A stretch of DNA of 34,084 nucleotides from a virus (taxonomy: Duplodnaviria > Caudoviricetes). Positions 6,982-14,612 of the stretch are shown here, in pieces. Numbering within the stretch: the stretch's first letter is position 1; each line of letters starts with the position of its first letter. The stretch lies in the IMG/VR virus record IMGVR_UViG_3300020202_000172, positions 1-34,084 of that record; one strand, given 5' to 3'. The notes under the pieces are model-generated. The model saw only the letters and a program-made list of their open reading frames with translations. It searched no databases and had not been told where the DNA came from. Made by a program: the position numbers and the translations under genes.

Positions 6982-9900
6982 TCACGGCACGTTCTCCCGG
7001 ACGGCCCGAAGGAGCTGCGCGATGGCAGCGTCCGCAGCCGCGCCGTTGTCGGACTTCTTGGCTGCCTTCACGCGGCGCTCGACCACCTGCGCGCGGGCGG
7101 CGAGGTTGGCGTAGGCCGCTTCCTCGGGCGACAGATCCTTGCCCGCCTTCCGTCGCTCGACGGCCCGCTCGATCTTTGCGAGCACGTCGTAGAACTCCCG
7201 GATCTCGTAGCTCTCGTCCGGCTCGGACGCGAAGCGGCGCACGAGCGGCACGTCCTTGAGCGTCCACTCCCCGGACTGGACCCGCTGGGGGAGCTCGACC
7301 ATCCGCCGGGCGAACTGCCCGACGCCGCCGGAGAGGAAGTCCGAGAAGTGCTCGATCGTCTCCGGCGAGATCGAGATCGCGCCTTCGCGCTGGTCGTCTC
7401 CGCCCGTCGCCCGGTTGAGCCAGTCCGTGAACGCCTTGGCGTTCGGGGAGACGCTGTCGAAGTGCCGCTCGGAGTCCGGCGGAGGCGTGCGGTCGAACGG
7501 GTTTTCCGCCGGCATGATCGGCTTGCCAGCATGGTTCTTGTTCTCCTCGACCTCGATGAACGGGCGCAGCGCGGTCGGCGCTACCGCCTGGAGCGGGGTC
7601 GAACCCCCGAGCGGATCGAAGTTCTGCCGCGCAGCGACGAGCACCTCAAGGCCGGCTTCGGTCGGGCTCAGCGCGCCGGAGACAACCTCCTCCGCCAGCG
7701 AGCCCATGTAGTAGAAGAGTCCATACCCCCAGGGGAGCGGAACCTTGACGCCCTTCCCTTCGGTGCCGGGGATCAGGAACGTCAGGTTCTTCGACTTGTC
7801 CCAGGTCGAACGCTTCTCCCAGTAGGGGACGCCGTCGTCGTCCTCCCCGCCTCCGACGCGGTTGAGCCAGGAGAGGACGTAGCCCGCAGCCGCGAGGCCC
7901 AGCGTCATCTTCTGGATCTGGCGGTTCTTGACGACGCCCGTGAGCACGCGCGCCGAGCCCTGGACGTTCGCGTTCGCGAAGAGATACAGGCTGTTGAGGA
8001 CCGGGCCCCACTCGCCCTTGCGGTTGAAGTCGACCGTGAGCTCGCGAGCGATCTTCGCCGCGCGCTTCTTCGAGATCCCCATCTCGCGCGCCACGCTGTA
8101 GGCGTGGAAGCGCATCGCGTTCTCGACGGCCTCGTTGAGGTCGCGGATGAACTGGTCGGCCGCCTTGATCGCCTTCTTCGGGCCCGGCGCCTCTACCGCC
8201 GTCGCCTTCTCGATCTTGCGTAGCTGCGTCTCGAACGACTCGATCGTGCCCCAGCCCGCCTTGCCGCCCTCCTCGGCGAACTCGCGCGCGCGATCGTACT
8301 GCGCCCCCTTCGCGTCGGGATCCCTGGCGAGGGTCCAGAGCGTGCGCAGCGCTTGGCCGACCTTCTTCGGGCTGCGGAACGCCGAGGAGAACGCCTTGCC
8401 CTGCTCGGCCGAGATGTGGATCCCGGCCGTCGAGAGGTCGCGGACGAAGTTGGTCGCCCAGAACTCCGGGTTGCGCGCCGTGAGCAGTTGCCCGTACTGG
8501 CGCATGACGAACGCGACCGGGCGCAGGAACTTCGGCGCGTCCTCGACGCCGACGCCCTTGAAGGCCGCCGCGTAGCGCTCGTCCCGGACGACGAGGTAGC
8601 GCTCCCTGCCGTTCTCCTTGAAGGCCAGGACGTAGCCTTTCGCCGCGTCCTCGGGCTTGGGCTTGTCCGTCACTTCCCAGAGCGGGTCGGGGTTCGCCTC
8701 GACGAGCTTCGCGACGGCGGTCCCGACGCGGTTCTTCTCGGCGCGGAGCACCGCTTCCTTCGCCTGGACGAAGGTCCAGACGAGCGGGTTGTCGGCCTTG
8801 GACTGGCGGCCCTCGGCGCGCTTGGCTTCCTTGCCCTTGACGTTGAGCGAGCGGCCGCCGCCGACGCCCTGCTCGGGGTCCGTGGCCGTGCGCAGGGGGA
8901 CGTAGGTCGAGCCGAACTTCTCCCACGCGGCGCGGCCCTCGGAGGAGAGCAGCCCGCCCTCTTCCAAGGCGTCCAGGCGCTCGCGGTTCACGCGCTCGAC
9001 GATCCGGGCGAGGCGCTCGAAGTGCGGCCGGCGCGGGTCCTGTGCGACCCTGGAGAGCACCGCAGCGGCCTCGGCGCGCGTCATCCCGGCGCCAGTCTCT
9101 TCGGGCCCGAGCTTCGGGTTGCGCTCCAGGATGACTCGGCGGCGGTCCTCGGCGTGGCGCGCAGCCAGGAACTCGCCGGCCTCTTCCGGGCTGATCTGCG
9201 CGCGCTGGAGGATCTGGCCGACCTGCTTCTCGGGCCCGCGCTCGATGCGCGCGACGCGCTCCGCGGCTCGTCCAGGCATGAGCGAGGCCGCGAGGTCCAC
9301 GTCCGCCTCCTCGGGGACGGCGCCGCCCTTCTCGGCGACGACCTTCTGCGCCACGCGGAAGCGGTTGAGCCGGTCCCGGACCTTGCGCTCGATCAGTTGG
9401 AGCGGGGTCTCCGGGGGCAGGGCGAGCGAGTCCGGCGTGGCGCCGGCGCGCGAGGTGTCCGGGGCGCGGGGGCGGAAGTCGGAGCCGCCGAGGAGACCGA
9501 AGCCCCAGGCATCCGCCGTGACGGGCGGCAGGCCGGCCTCGTCCTCCGGGATGTCGAACGGGACTTCGTCCACGACCTCCGGCTCGGCGCGCGACGCGCT
9601 GTCGGGCTGGGTGTGGAGCAGGAAGTCGAGCATCTCCTGCTGGCGAGCCGTGAACTTGCCGGGCTTCTCCGAGGTCGCCCGCTCGATCAGGCGCGAGACC
9701 TCCGTCGCGCTCATGTTCCCGGGGCGAGAGAGCCACCAGGAGGAGTTGGGCTCGGGGCGCGTGCGCCCGATGACCGTGCCCTCGGCGTTGCGGATCTGCT
9801 GCCCGCCGGACTTGCCGCCGACCTCCATCGCGAGGCGGCCGAGGTGCTCGCGCACGCGCGGGTCGGAGAGGTCGGGCTCCGAGGGAGGCGTGACCTCCGG

Positions 9901-12081
9901 GGTCACACTTGTGCCCTCGGGAGTCACATCGGCTTGGGAGGGAGCCCCGGCATCGACCTCGGCCGCGGGTAGGGCCGTCTGAGAGGTGGTGTCGGCCGGG
10001 GCTGGAGGGGGGGTGGGGGCGTGCGTCTTGGTGATGAGCACGTCCGAGTCGTCGAAGACGACGTAGTTGTACGTGCCGTCGCCCTGCGCTCGGCTGTTCT
10101 CGTCGAGGTACTTGATCCCGCGGATACCCAGGCCGCGCAGCTCGCGGCTCGCTGCCGCCGCGTCGCCGGCCGCGCCTCCGGTCAGGCGGCGGTAATACTG
10201 CTCGCCTGTTTCGCGCGCGAACGGGTGCGCCTCGTCCATCGCCTTGGTCAAGGCGTCGTACTCGGGCATCTCCGAGAGCGGGATGCCCTGCTCCTGCGCG
10301 CGCGCGGCCAGGGCTTCCTCGGCCGCGAAATCCCGCACCTTGACGCCGAGCGCGGCGCGCACGCGCGGGGACTGCTCGCTGAGGGGCCTGTCCCACAGCA
10401 GGAACTCGTCGTCGGCGGGGACGAGGTTGGCCTCGTAGGTGCGTCCCTGCGTGCGCTGGAGATCCTGCTGGTTCGTCTCCAGCCACCCGATTGACTTCGC
10501 CAGGCGTGCGCGGCCAGAGGCGTATTCCGAGTCCTTGAGGGCCTCGGCGCGCTCGCGCATCGCCCGGAGCGCGGCCTCGACGGAGCGGGCCTTCTCAACC
10601 TCGTCGATCGCGTCCCGCGCCTCGGGCGGGAGCGCTCGGGCCTCCTCCGTCGGCACACCCTGTCTCGAGACCTGCGCGCCCTTGAAGGTCACGCTGCTCG
10701 ACAGGGCCTCGCGATAGTGGTCTCCGATCTCCTTCGTGTCAGTGAAGTAGAGCCCGTGCCCGAACGTCTGCGCGCCCTCGCCGGTCCCGATCTTCTGCGT
10801 AGAGAAGCGATCGAACTCGTGCGGCGAGCCGTGGTAGACGGTCTTGCCCCGGGGGGCGGCCTCGGTGCCCGACTCGGAGACCGCGTAGTTGACGGGCTCG
10901 GTGCGCCCCCCCTGATCCAATGGGTTGGCTGTCGGCGCGGCCCGCTCGGAAATCGCGGTTTCCTCGGCGGCTGCGGCCGGCGCCGTCGTTTCCTCGGGCG
11001 TGGCCGGCGGTACGGCCTCGATCAGCGCGTCGAGCGCCTCGTCGGACGCCAGCGAGGTGTTCACCCCTGAGACCGCTATCGAGGTCCCGCCGCCGACCAC
11101 GGCTCCCACGCCCATCGCGCGGCCGGTCTGGCCGAGGTTGATCTCCGCCTCGGGCTGGTAGGTCGCCTTGCGCACGGCCTGCGTGCCGAGGTCCTGGAAG
11201 CCCTCCTGGACCGATTCGCCCAGGCTCTCGACGCCCACGCGGCGCACGAGCCCGCCGCCGGCCTTGCCGAGCCGCCCGAGCGCTCCGCCGACACCAAAGA
11301 CCTCGCCGGCCCCCAGGAGGCCCTCGACGGTCGTGGCGACCGCGGTCTCGCCCGGCGTGGCCCCCGCAGCCTGAGCCGACTCGAAGCCCTCGTTGCCGCC
11401 CGCAAGGGCTCCTGCCGCAGCCATCCCAGGACCCCCGAGTAGGGCCGCAGGGACCATCGCTGCCGCGCTTCCCAGGCCCGCCGGCACGTCCGAGGCGAGG
11501 AACGAGTCCTCCAAGCCGGGAACGGGCGGGGCAAGCCCTTGGCCGAAGCTGCGGATCCCCTGGACGAGCGGGTCCTGCGCCGGGTCGGGCTGGTCTCCCG
11601 GCAGGATCGAGTCCGCGATCCGGAAGAGGCCCGTCAGCCCCGAGGCCGCGAAGCGCGCACCGCCCCGCGCGAAGCTCCCGATCGCCTGCTGCGCGTAGTC
11701 TCCGACGCTCGCGCCCTCCGCCGGCACGGCAGCGATGAGCGCGTCCAGCGGGTCCGGCTCGGGCGGGACCGCTGCGATGAGCGCGTCCAGGGGGTCGGCC
11801 TTGCCCGCGGGCGTGAAGACTTCACCCTGCCAGCTACCGGCCTTGGCCCGGTTCGCGCCGACCGCGTACTGCGACTCGACCGAAAAGGTCTCGTGATTAG
11901 GCTTCTTGAACGTGTCCGGCCAGTGCCCGGTCGCTGGGTCGGGCTCGATCCCGGCCTTGAAGGCGCCGCGCAGGTCGTAGTCCGCGCCTGAGTCCTGCGG
12001 CGCGTACTTCGCCTTCCACTGGCGGAACGCGGCCTCCTCGGCAGGCGAGAGCTTCGTCTCGTACTGTCCGAGCTGGGGCAT
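6982..12081 (-). CDS. Large internal virion/ejection polyvalent protein with ART-PolyVal-like and LPD38-like domains
   Basis: 1699 aa at the end of the tail module. Gly/Ala-rich hydrophobic N-terminal region; VYHGSP..FDRF..IGTGEGAQTFGHGLYFT...GIKY...NYVVFD (ART-like); VDFNRKGE and FLIPG..KVPLPWGYG (LPD38-like). Confidence 0.85.
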   Translation of the reverse strand: MPQLGQYETKLSPAEEAAFRQWKAKYAPQDSGADYDLRGAFKAGIEPDPATGHWPDTFKKPNHETFSVESQYAVGANRAKAGSWQGEVFTPAGKADPLDALIAAVPPEPDPLDALIAAVPAEGASVGDYAQQAIGSFARGGARFAASGLTGLFRIADSILPGDQPDPAQDPLVQGIRSFGQGLAPPVPGLEDSFLASDVPAGLGSAAAMVPAALLGGPGMAAAGALAGGNEGFESAQAAGATPGETAVATTVEGLLGAGEVFGVGGALGRLGKAGGGLVRRVGVESLGESVQEGFQDLGTQAVRKATYQPEAEINLGQTGRAMGVGAVVGGGTSIAVSGVNTSLASDEALDALIEAVPPATPEETTAPAAAAEETAISERAAPTANPLDQGGRTEPVNYAVSESGTEAAPRGKTVYHGSPHEFDRFSTQKIGTGEGAQTFGHGLYFTDTKEIGDHYREALSSSVTFKGAQVSRQGVPTEEARALPPEARDAIDEVEKARSVEAALRAMRERAEALKDSEYASGRARLAKSIGWLETNQQDLQRTQGRTYEANLVPADDEFLLWDRPLSEQSPRVRAALGVKVRDFAAEEALAARAQEQGIPLSEMPEYDALTKAMDEAHPFARETGEQYYRRLTGGAAGDAAAASRELRGLGIRGIKYLDENSRAQGDGTYNYVVFDDSDVLITKTHAPTPPPAPADTTSQTALPAAEVDAGAPSQADVTPEGTSVTPEVTPPSEPDLSDPRVREHLGRLAMEVGGKSGGQQIRNAEGTVIGRTRPEPNSSWWLSRPGNMSATEVSRLIERATSEKPGKFTARQQEMLDFLLHTQPDSASRAEPEVVDEVPFDIPEDEAGLPPVTADAWGFGLLGGSDFRPRAPDTSRAGATPDSLALPPETPLQLIERKVRDRLNRFRVAQKVVAEKGGAVPEEADVDLAASLMPGRAAERVARIERGPEKQVGQILQRAQISPEEAGEFLAARHAEDRRRVILERNPKLGPEETGAGMTRAEAAAVLSRVAQDPRRPHFERLARIVERVNRERLDALEEGGLLSSEGRAAWEKFGSTYVPLRTATDPEQGVGGGRSLNVKGKEAKRAEGRQSKADNPLVWTFVQAKEAVLRAEKNRVGTAVAKLVEANPDPLWEVTDKPKPEDAAKGYVLAFKENGRERYLVVRDERYAAAFKGVGVEDAPKFLRPVAFVMRQYGQLLTARNPEFWATNFVRDLSTAGIHISAEQGKAFSSAFRSPKKVGQALRTLWTLARDPDAKGAQYDRAREFAEEGGKAGWGTIESFETQLRKIEKATAVEAPGPKKAIKAADQFIRDLNEAVENAMRFHAYSVAREMGISKKRAAKIARELTVDFNRKGEWGPVLNSLYLFANANVQGSARVLTGVVKNRQIQKMTLGLAAAGYVLSWLNRVGGGEDDDGVPYWEKRSTWDKSKNLTFLIPGTEGKGVKVPLPWGYGLFYYMGSLAEEVVSGALSPTEAGLEVLVAARQNFDPLGGSTPLQAVAPTALRPFIEVEENKNHAGKPIMPAENPFDRTPPPDSERHFDSVSPNAKAFTDWLNRATGGDDQREGAISISPETIEHFSDFLSGGVGQFARRMVELPQRVQSGEWTLKDVPLVRRFASEPDESYEIREFYDVLAKIERAVERRKAGKDLSPEEAAYANLAARAQVVERRVKAAKKSDNGAAADAAIAQLLRAVRENVP

Positions 12082-12084
12082 CGC

Positions 12085-13275
12085 CTACTTCCCACCTCGC
12101 AGCGCCGCCTTGATCTTCTCCGGCGGGTCTCCGTTGGCCTTCATGCGCGCCACCATGCGGACCTGGTCCTCGGTCGCGCCCGCAGCTTCGATCGCCGCTT
12201 GGAGGTCCGGAGCGGGCGCCTGCTGCGCCGGGGCCTCGTACAGCCCCCGGTACTCGCTCACGAGCGCGCGCCGGTCGGTCTTCGGATCCAGCCACCGCTC
12301 GTCCTTCTGCGCGAGCTCGATCGCCGTCGATTGCAGCTTGAACTCTCGCTCGGCGTCCTTGTCCTTGGTGTCGGCCTGCCGCGAGCGGGCGCGTCCCGGT
12401 TGCAGATGCCCGATCGCCTGCTGGTACGCCTGTCCGGCTTTCGCAGGCTCGATCTCCATCTGCGCCGCCGTCGCGAGCGCGCGCTCCAGCCGCGACGACA
12501 GCTCGTCCGCCTCGCCGTAGTCGCCGTTCGCCTCGGCCGCGTCGATCCGGGCGCGCAGGCTGTTCGCCAGGGTGTCCAGCTTCGATCGGTATTCTCCGAC
12601 CATCTGCTGCTGCGCCTGCCGAGCGCCCGCCTCCTTGCGGATCCCCGAGAGCGCCGCGAGCAGCGACTTGTGATCGCCGCCGAGGGCGAACGTCTCGGCC
12701 GCACCCTGCACGCGCGGAGCGAGCACGGGATCTCCGGCGATGGCGGGATTGGCCATCATCTCCTTCAGGGCCGTGTCGGCTTCGAGGCGCTGCGCCTCTT
12801 TCTGCCGGCCCTGGAAGCGCTCCCGCTCCTCCTTCGTGAAGCGCGCCGCGAACTCTGGGTCCTTGAAGCCCGACGCGACCTGGGAGAGACGGGCCTCGAA
12901 CGCCCGCTCGGGGTCCTGATCGGGCGCGACCGGCTGCGCGAGCATCTGGAGCCCGCGCGAGTACGTCGCCACGTCCGACGCCTCGTTCTGCTCGGAGCGC
13001 AGGAAGCGACTGTCGATTGCGGCTTGCCGCTCGTCGATCTGCGCGTAGCGCTGCTCCTGGAGATCGAGCCGGCGGTTCGTCGCCTCGTCCTGCCGGCGCT
13101 GGCGCGACATCTGGTACTCGGTCGCCCGCAGAGCGTCCGCGCGCTCCTGTTCGTACCTCTGATCCGCCACCTTCTCCCGCTTGCGCTGGTGGTAGCGGTG
13201 GAACCCTGCACCGACGCTGTTCTGGTAGGCCGCCCCCGCTGCTTCCCAGAAGTCGTCTCCGATCACGGCCGGCAT
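12085..13275 (-). CDS. Putative internal virion/ejection protein (alpha-helical, Gln/Arg/Glu-rich)
   Basis: 396 aa coiled-coil-like protein, middle of three genes after the tail genes as in podoviral ejection modules. Confidence 0.65.
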   Translation of the reverse strand: MPAVIGDDFWEAAGAAYQNSVGAGFHRYHQRKREKVADQRYEQERADALRATEYQMSRQRRQDEATNRRLDLQEQRYAQIDERQAAIDSRFLRSEQNEASDVATYSRGLQMLAQPVAPDQDPERAFEARLSQVASGFKDPEFAARFTKEERERFQGRQKEAQRLEADTALKEMMANPAIAGDPVLAPRVQGAAETFALGGDHKSLLAALSGIRKEAGARQAQQQMVGEYRSKLDTLANSLRARIDAAEANGDYGEADELSSRLERALATAAQMEIEPAKAGQAYQQAIGHLQPGRARSRQADTKDKDAEREFKLQSTAIELAQKDERWLDPKTDRRALVSEYRGLYEAPAQQAPAPDLQAAIEAAGATEDQVRMVARMKANGDPPEKIKAALRGGK

Positions 13276-13276
13276 T

Positions 13277-13921
13277 TCAGTCGTCTCCGAACAGCGCGTC
13301 GCCCGCCGCGGCTCCGGCAGCGCCGCCCAGGGGCCCGAGGAACGAGCCCGCGACGCCGCCGAGGAGCGAGCCCAGACCGCTCTTTTTCTTCTGCTTGGGC
13401 TTGTTCAGGTAGTTGAAGTGCAGTCCTCCGACTCCCATCAGCGCCCCGAACTTGTCCTGGTAGAGCCCCGCAAGCCCCGACTGCGCCCCGCCGAGCGCCA
13501 TGCCCTTCTGCGCCTGGAGCCCCGCGACCGCCTGAGCAAGCGCTTGGTCCACCTGCGCCAGGTTCTGCGAGCCCTGCGAGTAGAGCCCGCCTTGCAGGTT
13601 CGCGTTCACGGTCGTGTTCGCGAGGCCCGACTGCTGCAAGCCCGTCTGAAGCCCGGCGAGCGCCTGCGCCTGGTTGTTCATCACGGAGGTCTTGGCCGCC
13701 GTAGCGCCCGAGCCCGCGCTGGAGATCGCCTTGTCGAACTGACCTCCGATCGTCTTGGCGGCCTGCTTCTGCGCGAGCAGCGCCAGCGCGTAGTCCGTCG
13801 CCTGCGCGCCGTAGAGCTTGTTCAGGAGATCGGCGACGTGGTTGGGCTTCTTCTTGGGCGTCTTGAGCTTGGCGAGCCCAAGCTCCCCACCCGGAGCGCC
13901 AAAGTCCTTCATCTGCGCCAT
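13277..13921 (-). CDS. Putative ejection/pilot protein (Gly/Ala/Gln-rich)
   Basis: 214 aa with C-terminal GLGSLLGGVAGSFLGPLGGAAGAAAG glycine-zipper. Position is analogous to P22 gp7. Confidence 0.65.
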   Translation of the reverse strand: MAQMKDFGAPGGELGLAKLKTPKKKPNHVADLLNKLYGAQATDYALALLAQKQAAKTIGGQFDKAISSAGSGATAAKTSVMNNQAQALAGLQTGLQQSGLANTTVNANLQGGLYSQGSQNLAQVDQALAQAVAGLQAQKGMALGGAQSGLAGLYQDKFGALMGVGGLHFNYLNKPKQKKKSGLGSLLGGVAGSFLGPLGGAAGAAAGDALFGDD

Positions 13922-13928
13922 CTGTCAC

Positions 13929-14612
13929 CTAGCCGATCAGCAGAAAAGCCACCGTGCTCGTGTCCGCCACGTCCGAGCTCAGGATGTCGAAAGAGACCCC
14001 GACCACGAGGTTTGCGATCGAGAGATGACCCAAGGTCCCGCCCGCCGTCTGGCGAGCGTGGAAGACGCGCGACGAAGCCGTGACCGCCGCGGACGCGACC
14101 GTCACCGTGCCCGCGACGAGCGTCGCCGTGCCCATCACCCAGGGCATGTTCGCGACCGGCACTTGGGCGTTCGCGTCCAGCGGAGCCACGCCGTTCGCCG
14201 CAGCCCGCGTTGCCGTCTCGATCCGCGCTGCGATCGCTGTCGCGTGCGCGTCGAGCACGTCCTTGACCGACCCGCCCGTCACGCTGGAGTCGTTGCGGAC
14301 CTGCGACGCCTTCGGACGAGCGATGGCGCGTCCGTCCTTGAACTGGAGCGAGTCGTCCCCGACCGCCAGTTGCTTGCGGCGCGGCGAGCCCGTCACGGTC
14401 TCCAAGCCATCGCCCAAGCGATCCGCGATCTCGCCCCTGGCGTTGATGTACTGCGAGCCTGCGGGGTCGAGCTTCACCGAAGCCCGCCCGTCGGCGTCCA
14501 GCTCGATCCCGTCCCCGAACTGACGGTCGGTGTTCCGCGGCGGCGAGCTCGTGTGCCGCGGGTCGCTCGCCATCGTGCGCGAGGGCCGGGACATGAAGCG
14601 GTCCTGGCTCAC
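13929..14612 (-). CDS. Putative short fibre/needle protein
   Basis: GDG(I/L)E repeats, the ANGVAPLDANAQVP fibre motif and a C-terminal GTATLVAGTVTV beta domain. Confidence 0.6.
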   Translation of the reverse strand: MSQDRFMSRPSRTMASDPRHTSSPPRNTDRQFGDGIELDADGRASVKLDPAGSQYINARGEIADRLGDGLETVTGSPRRKQLAVGDDSLQFKDGRAIARPKASQVRNDSSVTGGSVKDVLDAHATAIAARIETATRAAANGVAPLDANAQVPVANMPWVMGTATLVAGTVTVASAAVTASSRVFHARQTAGGTLGHLSIANLVVGVSFDILSSDVADTSTVAFLLIG

